The notes under the pieces are model-generated. The model ran no database searches. It had not been told where the DNA came from and worked only from the letters and a program-made list of their open reading frames with translations. Below are positions 54,358-63,001 of a stretch of 64,000 nucleotides of DNA, one piece after another (the first letter of the stretch is position 1; every line of letters begins with the position of its first letter). The position numbers and the translations under genes were made by a program. Source of the stretch: an uncultured Bacteroidales bacterium (GTDB lineage Bacteria > Bacteroidota > Bacteroidia > Bacteroidales > UBA932). The stretch spans positions 898-64,897 of the forward strand of contig CAMKSQ010000004.1 of assembly GCA_946415475.1 (NCBI GenBank), read 5' to 3'.

Positions 54358-54385
54358 GTCATTCTGAGCGAAGCGAAGAATCTCC
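54358..54385 (-). repeat. GTCAT-prefixed mini-hairpin (GCGAAGC core) in the gpmI-lpxD spacer
   Basis: GTC-ATTCT-GA-GC-gaa-GC-GA-AGAAT-CTCC. It shares GAGCGAAGCGA with the truB/tilS elements. Confidence 0.7.
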
Positions 54386-55905
54386 TAAATCAGCGGCTCA
54401 GCGGTCATGGCTGCCGGCTGCGGGATGCCCATCAGTTTCAGGATGGTGGGAGCCACGTTGCAAAGGGCGCCGTCCTTGACGGTTTTCACGTCGTCACCGG
54501 CGTTCATGACCACGAACTGAACGGTGTTCAGGGAGTGGGCCGTGTTGGGCGTGCCGTCTGCATTCACGGCAAAGTCCGCGTTGCCATGGTCGGCGGTAAG
54601 CAGGACCACATAATCGTGGGCGATGGCCTCGTCCACCACCTCTTTCACCAGACGGTCGATACAGCTGACGGCCTGGGTGATGGAGGTATAGACACCGGTG
54701 TGACCCACCATGTCACCGTTGGCGAAGTTCAGGATAATCATGTCCTGTTTTTCGGTGCGGATCTGGGCGATGAGTTTCTCCGCCACTTCCGGGGCGCTCA
54801 TGGCCGGCAGAAGGTCGTAGGTGGGCACTTTGGGGCTGTTCACCAGGATACGCTCTTCGTTCTCGAATACGGTCTCGCGACCGCCGTTGAAGAAGAAAGT
54901 AACATGGGCGTATTTCTCGGTTTCTGCAATGCGCAGCTGGTTTTTACCGGCCTTGGAGACGGTCTCTCCCAGGGTATCCTGCACCAGTTCCTTGTCGAAG
55001 AGGATGTGCACGCCCTTGAAGGAGGCATCGTACGGGGTGAGGCAGCAGTAGTACAGCGGAAGGGTGTGCATGCCCTCTTCCGGCATGTCCTGCTGGGTGA
55101 GTACGGCGGTGAGCTCACGGGCGCGGTCGTTGCGGAAGTTGTAGAAAATGATGGCGTCACCTTCCTCGATGGTGGCCACGGGCTTGCCGTTTTCAGTCAC
55201 CACGATGGGCTTGATGAATTCGTCCGTAATTTCGGCATCATAGCTGGCCTGGATACCGGCCTGGGCGCTCTCGAATGCGGCACCCTTGCCTTCTACCAAC
55301 AGGTCGTAGGCTTCCTTCACACGGGTCCAGCGCTTGTCGCGGTCCATGGCATAGAAGCGGCCGCACACGGATGCAACCTTACCGGTGGTCTCGGCCATTT
55401 TCTCTTCCAGTTCCTTCACGAATCCCAGACCGCTGCGCGGGTCCGTGTCACGGCCGTCCATGAAAGCGTGGACATACACTTTGTCCAGGCCTTGTTCCTT
55501 AGCTACACGCAGGAACTCATAAACATGATCCAGGGAGCTGTGCACGCCACCGTGGGAGGTGAGGCCCATCAGGTGCAGCTTTTTGCCGCTCTGCTTCACG
55601 TAGTCGTAGGCAGCCTTGATTTCTTTGTTCTCCAGCAGCTTGTGCTCGCGGCAGGCGATGTTGATTTTCACCAGGTCCTGATACACCACGCGGCCGGCGC
55701 CCAGATTCATGTGGCCCACTTCGGAGTTGCCCATCTGGCCATCCGGAAGACCTACGAATTCACCGCAGGCCTGCAGGTGAGAGGAAGGGTATTTGGCGCG
55801 GAATGCGTCAATGTTGGGGGAACCCTGGGTCCAAATAGCGTTGGAGTAGTCGTGACGGCCTTCGCCCCAGCCATCAAGAATCATGAGAAGTACTTTTCTG
55901 TTCAT
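54385..55905 (-). CDS. gpmI: 2,3-bisphosphoglycerate-independent phosphoglycerate mutase
   Basis: 506-aa ORF with [19 protein letters not shown] and ADHGNA motifs. Confidence 0.96.
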   Translation of the reverse strand: MNRKVLLMILDGWGEGRHDYSNAIWTQGSPNIDAFRAKYPSSHLQACGEFVGLPDGQMGNSEVGHMNLGAGRVVYQDLVKINIACREHKLLENKEIKAAYDYVKQSGKKLHLMGLTSHGGVHSSLDHVYEFLRVAKEQGLDKVYVHAFMDGRDTDPRSGLGFVKELEEKMAETTGKVASVCGRFYAMDRDKRWTRVKEAYDLLVEGKGAAFESAQAGIQASYDAEITDEFIKPIVVTENGKPVATIEEGDAIIFYNFRNDRARELTAVLTQQDMPEEGMHTLPLYYCCLTPYDASFKGVHILFDKELVQDTLGETVSKAGKNQLRIAETEKYAHVTFFFNGGRETVFENEERILVNSPKVPTYDLLPAMSAPEVAEKLIAQIRTEKQDMIILNFANGDMVGHTGVYTSITQAVSCIDRLVKEVVDEAIAHDYVVLLTADHGNADFAVNADGTPNTAHSLNTVQFVVMNAGDDVKTVKDGALCNVAPTILKLMGIPQPAAMTAEPLI

Positions 55906-55958
55906 ATCGAGTTGTATTATTATTCAAATCAGGTGCAAAAATTCTTGTCCCCAGCCTA

Positions 55959-55966
55959 CAAAGTTA
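55959..55966 (-). promoter_or_regulatory. -7 box (TAACTTTG) of gpmI overlapping the tilS stop
   Basis: Sense TAACTTTG lies ~53 nt upstream of ATG 55905. Confidence 0.45.
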
Positions 55967-57145
55967 GTCATTTTTTGCACAAATACGAAGAATCCGGCGG
56001 GTGGTGGATGTCACCCGGACGCTATGGTCGATGCAGTAGGGGATAACGGCCAGCACGTGGTGCGGTTCCACTGCGCTTTTAAGCAGCGGAATGAACGGTT
56101 TTTCGTCGGCCGGAATATGATGGTCCGTAAACCAGTCCTGCAGTTTCTTGCGTCCCGGTGCCCCCAGCGGCTTGATCCAGTCGCCGCTTTTCCAGGCTCC
56201 CTCCGTATATTCTCCCGCCTTGTCCGCATCCAGGATAAGCACCCCCTCCGGCTGCTTCACCGCCTCCGTTCCATCCCATTCCTCTATAGCGATAGAATAC
56301 TCCTTTGAGAAACCAGGGTCTTTTGTCGTAAAGCCTGTTGAGACATCTGGAAGGGCATGTGCCTCTGACCCCATGGCCACCCTCGGCCGTGTTAGAGGGA
56401 GGGGCCCACAGTTAGTGCCCGTCGCAGAAGGGCACGACGCATTGGGAGGGACGAGGAGCGAAGCGACGAAGGGGTCAGAGGTACATGACCCTTCCAGTGT
56501 CTCTATTTCCTCTGCAAATCGGGCCATGTCCCGGTTCAGGGTTTGGATGAACGAGGGGTTGATGGTGGCAAAAATGGGGAAGACCTGATTGCGGATTTTG
56601 TTGCGTTTGTAGGCGCTCTGGGCGTTGGTGCTGTCCTCCCGCCAGGAAAGGCCATGCTCGCGGGCAAAGGCCTCGATTTCCTCGCGCGTCATTTCCAGCA
56701 ATGGCCGCCGCAGGGGAATGTCCCCAAACTCAGGATCCGGGATAAAGCCTTCCGCCTTCATGCCCGTGATGCCTTTTAGTCCGGTACCACGTAACAAATT
56801 CAGGATCAGCGTCTCCGCGTTGTCGTTGGCGTTGTGCGCCACCGCCACGGCCTCATAACCGTACTCCCGGCACAGTTCCCCAAACCAATGGTAACGCAGT
56901 CGCCGCGCCGCCATCTCAATGGAAATACCCTGTGTCGATGCAAACGCTTCCGTGTCGAAGCGCTTCACGTGGCAGGGGATGTTGTAGCGGGCCGCCTGCT
57001 CACGGACAAAGGCTTCGTCCGCGTCGCTTTCCGGGCCTCTCAGGCCAAAGTTGCAGTGTGCAACGGCAAAAGGCCCGCCTTCCTCGCGGACCTTTTCCAT
57101 AAGGCACATAGAATCAATGCCTCCGCTGACTGCAACCAGGAGCAT
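55964..57145 (-). CDS. tilS: tRNA(Ile)-lysidine synthetase carrying an in-frame repeat insertion
   Basis: PP-loop VAVSGGIDSMCL is right at the N-terminus. The C-terminal TilS domain reads GRKKLQDWFTDHHIP...PLL. TAATG overlap with the upstream gene. Confidence 0.9.
   Translation of the reverse strand: MLLVAVSGGIDSMCLMEKVREEGGPFAVAHCNFGLRGPESDADEAFVREQAARYNIPCHVKRFDTEAFASTQGISIEMAARRLRYHWFGELCREYGYEAVAVAHNANDNAETLILNLLRGTGLKGITGMKAEGFIPDPEFGDIPLRRPLLEMTREEIEAFAREHGLSWREDSTNAQSAYKRNKIRNQVFPIFATINPSFIQTLNRDMARFAEEIETLEGSCTSDPFVASLLVPPNASCPSATGTNCGPLPLTRPRVAMGSEAHALPDVSTGFTTKDPGFSKEYSIAIEEWDGTEAVKQPEGVLILDADKAGEYTEGAWKSGDWIKPLGAPGRKKLQDWFTDHHIPADEKPFIPLLKSAVEPHHVLAVIPYCIDHSVRVTSTTRRILRICAKND
56340..56503 (+). 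repeat. hairpin-forming MITE/RPE-like element inside tilS
   Basis: ~33-bp imperfect inverted arms (56340-56372 / 56471-56503) enclose the 40-nt core 56372-56411, a GTGCCC/GGGCAC hairpin (56415-56435) and GGAGCGAAGCGAC. Confidence 0.85.
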
Positions 57146-58251
57146 TAGCGCTGATGAGTGAAGCTATACGTAAATCCGAACTCCAGGTATTCCTTGAACT
57201 GGACGCCTTTGGCATCGGCCTTACCGTCTTTGTCGGTGTCGCGCACACGCACCAGCGGGTCATAGATAAGGTTGGTGGCGACGGTGAGGGCAAAGAACTT
57301 ACGCAGTTTCCAGTACACCTTGTTGTCCCAGGTGATACGCGGTTCCACCTTGGGTCTGAGGTAGTTGTAGAAAGCGGTGATCTGGGTGGTGTAGGAGAAG
57401 TTGTCGTTGATGACCCATCCCATGTCGATCTTGAGCTGGGCACCGAACTCCAGACGTGCGGAGCGGAAAGCGTCGTAGTGTTGTTCGTCGTGGGCGTATT
57501 TGCGGACATCTTTTCCTTCAAGTTCCGCCCACTCTGCGAACTCATCCGGATTCCTCAGGTCCATACCGTAGGTGTAGCGCAGTTGCGGGATGCTGACCAC
57601 GACGGCACTACCGGCAACGGGTGCAAAGTTCAGGGAGAACCACGGCTTGGGCGTCCACAGGATACCCAGACCCAGGTTGATGTAGGCGGGTGCCATGAAG
57701 CCGGATTTCAGTACGCGGGCCTCCAGCCAGTCCTTGGTGGTGGGGTCCAGCTGATTGCCGTCGTCATCGTACTTGGTAGCCGGCGTCTTATAGTCGTAGT
57801 TGCGGCCAAACTGGTTCAGGAAGTCAAAGGTGGCAGAATACTTCAGGTTCTTGACGTTTGTTTCATAACCCCATTTGGACTCGAGATACATACGGTCCTT
57901 GCTCTTCTGGAGGATAGGTTTATCCGCGCTCCACAGAAAGCCGTAGTCCAGTTGGATGCGGTTGGAGCCGGTGAACTTATCTTTGGCATAATCGGCTTTG
58001 AAATCCACGTTGCCGGCCAGCGACAGGTTGTTGTAACCGCCGGCTGCCCATTGGCTAAGGAAGGTTTGGCCAAAATTGATGTTGGTGAGGACGGAGAGGG
58101 TCCAATATTTGGGCTTTTCCACTTTCTCCGGAACGTCTTCCGCGGCGCTCAGGGCTGCCGCAGCCTCTGCCGCAGCTTCCTGCGTGTTCTGTGCCTGGGC
58201 GGCCAGTACGGTGGCAGCCAGCAGCGCAATTGATACGAAGATTTTTCTCAT
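57145..58251 (-). CDS. DUF3078-family outer-membrane protein
   Basis: Signal peptide MRKIFVSIALLAATVLAAQAQ, then SQWAAGGYNNLSLAGN...LDYGFLW, the DUF3078 pattern. ATG 58251 is preferred over the ORF-track start. Confidence 0.75.
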   Translation of the reverse strand: MRKIFVSIALLAATVLAAQAQNTQEAAAEAAAALSAAEDVPEKVEKPKYWTLSVLTNINFGQTFLSQWAAGGYNNLSLAGNVDFKADYAKDKFTGSNRIQLDYGFLWSADKPILQKSKDRMYLESKWGYETNVKNLKYSATFDFLNQFGRNYDYKTPATKYDDDGNQLDPTTKDWLEARVLKSGFMAPAYINLGLGILWTPKPWFSLNFAPVAGSAVVVSIPQLRYTYGMDLRNPDEFAEWAELEGKDVRKYAHDEQHYDAFRSARLEFGAQLKIDMGWVINDNFSYTTQITAFYNYLRPKVEPRITWDNKVYWKLRKFFALTVATNLIYDPLVRVRDTDKDGKADAKGVQFKEYLEFGFTYSFTHQR

Positions 58252-58259
58252 AGCTTTTC

Positions 58260-59738
58260 TTAATAGGAACGGGCAAAGAGCACTCTCTGGTGCGAGGGCT
58301 TGCCGGTATAAATGCATTTTCCTTCTTCCATGCACACGGCGCTGTCCACCGGGATGCAGCGGATGGTCGCCTTGGTCTCTTCCTGGATTTTGGCCTCGGT
58401 TTCTGCGGTGCCGTCCCAGTGGCAGAGCAGGAAGCCGCCCTTCTCGATTTCTTCCTTGAATTCCTCCCAGGTATCCACCTTGCGGATGGAAGCGTCACGG
58501 TAGGCCAGGGCCTTGTTGTAAATGTTCTGCTGAATATCGTCCAGCAGGCCGATGATGCGGTCCTCCAGACCCTCCAGCGGCTCGGAGATTTTCTCCAGGG
58601 TGTCGCGGCGGGCAACCTCTACGGTGCCGTTCTGGAGGTCTCTCGGGCCCATGGCCAGACGTACCGGCACGCCCTTGAGTTCCCATTCGGCAAACTTGAA
58701 GCCGGGACGCAGGGTGTCGCGGTCATCGATTTCCACGCTGTGGCCCTTGGCTTCCAGCGCCTTTTTCACCTCGTACATTTTATCCAGCACGGCGTTGTGC
58801 TCTTCCTCGCTCTTGTAGATGGGAACCATCACTACCTGGATAGGGGCCAGGGCAGGGGGGAGAACCAGGCCGTTGTCATCTCCGTGGGCCATGATGAGGG
58901 CGCCCATCAGACGGGTGCTCACGCCCCAGGATGTAGCCCAGACATAGTCCTGCTTGCCTTCTTTATTGGTGAAGGTGACGTCGAAGCTCTTGGCGAAGTT
59001 CTGACCCAGGAAGTGGGAGGTGCCGGCCTGCAGGGCCTTGCCGTCCTGCATCAGGGCCTCGATGGTCATGGTGTCCAGTGCGCCGGCAAAACGCTCGCCG
59101 GGGCTCTTGTGACCCACCACTACGGGCAGGGCCATCACCTCGCGGGCGAACTTGGCGTACACATTGACCATCTGGGTTTTCTCGGCCTCTGCCTCCTCTG
59201 CGGTGGCGTGGGCGGTGTGGCCTTCCTGCCACAGGAATTCGGCGGTTCTCAGGAACAGGCGCGTACGCATTTCCCAGCGGACCACGTTGCACCACTGGTT
59301 GCACAGGATGGGGAGGTCTCTCCAGCTGTGGACCCAGTTTTTATAGGTGTTCCAGATAATGGTCTCTGAGGTGGGGCGGACGATGAGCTCTTCCTCCAGC
59401 TTGGCTTCCGGATCCACTACGATGCCGTTTCCGTTGGGGTCGTTCATGAGGCGGTGATGCGTGACCACGGCGCATTCCTTGGCGAAGCCGGCCACGTGTT
59501 CCGCTTCACGGCTGAAGAAGCTCTTGGGGATGAACAGGGGGAAGTAGGCGTTCTTTACGCCGGTTTCCTTGAACATGCCGTCCAAAATATGCTGCATCTT
59601 TTCCCAGATGGCATAGCCATAAGGTTTGATGACCATGCAGCCGCGCACGGCCGATTGTTCGGCCAGGTCGGCCTTGACTACCAGGTCGTTGTACCACTGA
59701 GAGTAGTTCTCGGACCGTTTAGTTACCTCTTTTGCCAT
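58260..59738 (-). CDS. proS: proline--tRNA ligase (archaeal/eukaryote-like type)
   Basis: 492-aa ORF with class II motifs and a C-terminal zinc-binding-like domain ending ...RVLFARSY. Confidence 0.96.
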   Translation of the reverse strand: MAKEVTKRSENYSQWYNDLVVKADLAEQSAVRGCMVIKPYGYAIWEKMQHILDGMFKETGVKNAYFPLFIPKSFFSREAEHVAGFAKECAVVTHHRLMNDPNGNGIVVDPEAKLEEELIVRPTSETIIWNTYKNWVHSWRDLPILCNQWCNVVRWEMRTRLFLRTAEFLWQEGHTAHATAEEAEAEKTQMVNVYAKFAREVMALPVVVGHKSPGERFAGALDTMTIEALMQDGKALQAGTSHFLGQNFAKSFDVTFTNKEGKQDYVWATSWGVSTRLMGALIMAHGDDNGLVLPPALAPIQVVMVPIYKSEEEHNAVLDKMYEVKKALEAKGHSVEIDDRDTLRPGFKFAEWELKGVPVRLAMGPRDLQNGTVEVARRDTLEKISEPLEGLEDRIIGLLDDIQQNIYNKALAYRDASIRKVDTWEEFKEEIEKGGFLLCHWDGTAETEAKIQEETKATIRCIPVDSAVCMEEGKCIYTGKPSHQRVLFARSY

Positions 59739-59876
59739 ATCTTTGCTTGTTTATTTTTGTTTTTATGCGTAATATTGCAGGGCTGAAAGGGCTGTACAAC
59801 GTACAGGTATAATAATTGCATGTATAAGCCCAAATGCCCTATTAGGGCACAAAGATACTTATTTTTATTGGATTAA

Positions 59877-59882
59877 AGGAGG
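59877..59882 (+). promoter_or_regulatory. canonical Shine-Dalgarno (AGGAGG) 8 nt before the ATG
   Basis: AAAGGAGGTactgacgATG. No comparable purine-rich SD is seen upstream of the other genes I inspected in this window. Confidence 0.55.
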
Positions 59883-59890
59883 TACTGACG

Positions 59891-61168
59891 ATGAAAAAGA
59901 GTTTTTTGGCCTGTGCCATCGCGGTATTAGCCGCCTGGGGCTGCTCTTCCACGAGCCAGCTCCAAACCAAAGTGTACGATGACGGGGTCTATACCCGTCC
60001 TTCTGTCGCTCCTGCCAAGCCAACCATTACGGCCGCAACGGAGTCGGAACTGGATAATCTCCTTGCCGAAAGCAAGCAGTCGCAAGCTTATATCGTGAAC
60101 AGCAACGGAGACACCCTGGTGGTGCCTGCCGCCAAGTCGCAACGCCTTACTACAGAAACTTCTACCCTGGTTGTTGTTAACGGCCCCCTGTGGCTTCGCG
60201 ATCCGTTTTACTATGGAGACCCCTGGTATCGTCCCTGGTATTGCGATCCTTGGGATCCCTGGTATCGTCCCTGGTACTGGGGTGGCCCGTTTTACTATCG
60301 TTCCTGGGTTTGGGATCCTTGGGACCCCTGGTATCGTCCCTATTGGTATGGCCCGCATTATTACTGGGATTCCTGGTACCGGCACCGTTGGTACAGTTAC
60401 GGACCGGGCTTCTATTACGGCCCTGCTGGCGGCTATTACTGGGTCCATCGAGGCAGGTATAATGCTCCTTATGCCGGCGGCTACAGCGCCCGTGGCGGTG
60501 CCTTCCGTAACGATGTCCGCAGCATAACTTCCACCCGCGTTGGAACGGCCCGCAGCAGTTCCCGCGTGGGGGCCAGCACCCGCTCGGTCCGGCAAGGAAC
60601 GGTTTCCTCCGGTGGCGCCAGTGTCCGGCCTGCTTCTTCCAGCAGCCGCACTGCCCGTGCTTCTTCCGCAACTCGTTCTGCCAGCACCACCTCGCGTTCC
60701 GGCGTATCCACGGTATCGCGTTCCGGTGTATCGGCGGTTTCCCGTTCTGCCAGCACCAGCGCTTCCCGCAGTGGCGGCAGCTCTTCCGTGAGCAGTGGAC
60801 GTTCCACTTCATCCGGCAGTGGTTCCGTGAGCCGTTCCGGCAGCGGCACTCGCAGCAGCAGTTACAACGGTTCTTCCCGTTCCGGAAGCTCCAACTACCG
60901 TTCTTCCGGCAGTTCCAATTATCGGTCTTCCGGTAGCAGTAGTTCCCGTTCCAGCGGCAGCAGCAGCTATCGCTCCAGTGGCAGCTCCCGTTCTTCCGGA
61001 AGCAGTTATTCCGGTAGCTCACGCTCGTCCGGCGGCTACTCTGGTGGCGGTTATTCCGGCGGCGGTGGCTCCCGTTCCAGTGGTGGTTATTCCGGCGGCG
61101 GTGGCTCCCGTTCCGGTGGTGGTTATTCCGGCGGTGGTGGCGGCGGTGGCCGTTCTTCCCGCAGATAA
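59891..61168 (+). CDS. lipoprotein with Trp/Tyr/Pro repeats and a long Ser/Arg/Gly/Tyr low-complexity tail
   Basis: 425-aa ORF with lipobox LAAWGC. DPWYRPWY-type repeats span residues ~105-190. From ~205 the sequence is almost only S, R, G, T, Y, ending ...GGYSGGGGSRSGGGYSGGGGGGGRSSRR. Confidence 0.7.
   Translation: MKKSFLACAIAVLAAWGCSSTSQLQTKVYDDGVYTRPSVAPAKPTITAATESELDNLLAESKQSQAYIVNSNGDTLVVPAAKSQRLTTETSTLVVVNGPLWLRDPFYYGDPWYRPWYCDPWDPWYRPWYWGGPFYYRSWVWDPWDPWYRPYWYGPHYYWDSWYRHRWYSYGPGFYYGPAGGYYWVHRGRYNAPYAGGYSARGGAFRNDVRSITSTRVGTARSSSRVGASTRSVRQGTVSSGGASVRPASSSSRTARASSATRSASTTSRSGVSTVSRSGVSAVSRSASTSASRSGGSSSVSSGRSTSSGSGSVSRSGSGTRSSSYNGSSRSGSSNYRSSGSSNYRSSGSSSSRSSGSSSYRSSGSSRSSGSSYSGSSRSSGGYSGGGYSGGGGSRSSGGYSGGGGSRSGGGYSGGGGGGGRSSRR
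60221..60341 (+). repeat. three copies of CCCTGGTATCGTCCCT (coding PWYRP)
   Basis: The 16-mer occurs at 60221-36, 60257-72 and 60326-41. Confidence 0.85.
60503..61165 (+). repeat. coding low-complexity Ser/Arg/Gly/Tyr region with short tandem repeats
   Basis: Examples are SSNYRSSGSSNYRSSG and the GGYSGGGGSRS units, with matching nucleotide tandem repeats (GGTGGTTATTCCGGCGGCGGTGGCTCCCGTTCC x2). Confidence 0.8.
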
Positions 61169-61180
61169 ATCTGACTTGTC

Positions 61181-62860
61181 ATGAAAAAAATCATAACATT
61201 CGCATTGGGAGCGGTCGTCACGGTGGCGGCCGCTGCCCAGAGTTGGCAGGATGCCCTCTATTTTTCTGAGAACCTTTACCAGGGAACCGCACGGAGCGTC
61301 GGCATGGGCAATGCCCTTACGGCGGTTGGCGGAGACCTCGGTTCCATCGGCCTCAATCCGGCCGGTTCGTCTGTGGCGGGTTATTCCCAGGTGGTCGTTA
61401 CGCCCGGCCTGAGTATTTCCAGCACCCATGCTACCGGCGTCATCCCGGAGGGCTCTACATCAGCTATGGGGCTGGGGGATAAGGTCAGTTCCAACTTTGC
61501 CCGCGTAAAGCTTCCCAATATCGGCTTTATAATTAATGCGGATACCGGCAGCCGCTCCGGGTGGAAGCGTTTTTCCTTCGGTCTGGTGTCCAATGCCACC
61601 AACGATTTCACGAATCGCGTCGTAGGGTCGGGCGTAAATGCTGACAATTCTTTTGCTGCCGCATTGGCGTCATCGGCAGAAGGATATACGGAGAAAGTGC
61701 TGGGTACGGAAGACTGGTGGTACGATGGCTCTGACCTGTCCCGTATGCCGGCCTGGATAGACATGGTGGGCTATCGCAGCGGCATGTTTAACGGCATTCC
61801 CGGCACCACCAACATGTACCAGGCGGTCACTGAGGTGCGCGATGCCGGCAACAATCGCTGGCTGGCCGCCCCCGTTTACCAGAAATACGGTCAGCAGACG
61901 TACGGCTACAAGCAGGACCTGTTCCTGAACATGTCGGCCAATTACAACGACCAATTTTACCTGGGCTTCAATTTTGGCTTCTCCATGCTCAACTACGATA
62001 TGTCGGAGTATTGGCAGGAGTCGCCGGAAAATGCCGATGAATTCCCGACCATCGAATACACGGACGGTACCAGCGGGCGCTTTGCTTCCCTGATGATGAA
62101 GCACAATTACTCTCTGCGGGGAAACGGCGTATATGTGAAGGCCGGTTTGCTGTGGCGTCCCGTAGCAGGATTGCGGCTCGGTGTGGCCATTCAGTCGCCC
62201 ACCTGGACCAATATGCGGGCCCGTCAGGCATACTCCGGTGAGGTAAGGCTTACCGGAAAGAACCTCGCTCCTTCTACTAGCCCGGAGGATGAATGGACCT
62301 ACCGTCTCCGTCAGCCCTGGCGCCTGAACGCCGGTGTGGCATACTCCTTTGGCTCCGTGGCAGTACTCAGCGCAGATTATGAACTTACGGATTACACCAG
62401 CGCCCGCTACACAGGCAGCAGTTCCAGCATGCCCTCTTACCTGACGGATGCCAATGGCGATATCCGCAATGCCCTTACCGTGGGGCACCAGATCCGTGTC
62501 GGCCTGGAAGTGAAGCCTACTTCCTTCTTCTCCATCCGTGCCGGTTACAACTACATTACATCGGCCCAGAAGAACTGGCTCAATGCCGACTGGACCATGA
62601 CAGCGCTGACATCGGCGGATAAAATCCGTCAGGCCAAGCACGTTGCGTCTCTGGGACTCGGTGGCAGTTTTGGCGCGTTCTTCGTGGATGCGGCCGTACG
62701 CGTACGCTTCATGCCCACGGATTACATCCTGACCTACGATTATTTAACGTACGATTCAGACCCGCTGTCCAAGCGGGTAGACAACACCGTACTCACGCCG
62801 GAATTGGAGTCCCATACCCATCTCTGGGATGCCCTCCTTACCTTTGGCTGGCGGTTCTAG
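61181..62860 (+). CDS. outer-membrane beta-barrel protein (FadL/PorV-like N-terminal motif)
   Basis: 559-aa ORF with a signal peptide. GTARSVGMGNALTAVGGDLGSIGLNPAG resembles the FadL/OMPP1-type N-terminal hatch motif. The C-terminus ends ...LTFGWRF. Confidence 0.7.
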   Translation: MKKIITFALGAVVTVAAAAQSWQDALYFSENLYQGTARSVGMGNALTAVGGDLGSIGLNPAGSSVAGYSQVVVTPGLSISSTHATGVIPEGSTSAMGLGDKVSSNFARVKLPNIGFIINADTGSRSGWKRFSFGLVSNATNDFTNRVVGSGVNADNSFAAALASSAEGYTEKVLGTEDWWYDGSDLSRMPAWIDMVGYRSGMFNGIPGTTNMYQAVTEVRDAGNNRWLAAPVYQKYGQQTYGYKQDLFLNMSANYNDQFYLGFNFGFSMLNYDMSEYWQESPENADEFPTIEYTDGTSGRFASLMMKHNYSLRGNGVYVKAGLLWRPVAGLRLGVAIQSPTWTNMRARQAYSGEVRLTGKNLAPSTSPEDEWTYRLRQPWRLNAGVAYSFGSVAVLSADYELTDYTSARYTGSSSSMPSYLTDANGDIRNALTVGHQIRVGLEVKPTSFFSIRAGYNYITSAQKNWLNADWTMTALTSADKIRQAKHVASLGLGGSFGAFFVDAAVRVRFMPTDYILTYDYLTYDSDPLSKRVDNTVLTPELESHTHLWDALLTFGWRF

Positions 62861-62922
62861 CGTCCAAAAATCTGCCATTTTGTCAGCAGAAAAACGCTGG
62901 CACGATGTTCGATAAAATTGAA

Positions 62923-62956
62923 GGCGTCGCTCCACTTGGAGTGGCGCCTCTCTTTT
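62923..62956 (+). terminator. intrinsic terminator
   Basis: An 11-bp stem GGCGUCGCUCC-acuu-GGAGUGGCGCC with two G-U pairs that form only on the plus strand, followed by TCTCTTTT. Confidence 0.7.
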
Positions 62957-63001
62957 GGGAGGCAAAGGAATAGAAACAAAAAATTTAAAAGGATATAAAC
63001 T

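Noticed and set aside
60503-61165. Highly periodic nucleotide repeats that might be mistaken for a CRISPR array or a VNTR. The same applies to 48434-48694.
   Set aside because: The repeats are short (24-33 nt units), contiguous without unique spacers, keep one reading frame open and encode Ser/Arg/Gly (or Glu-Pro) low-complexity protein. No cas genes are present.
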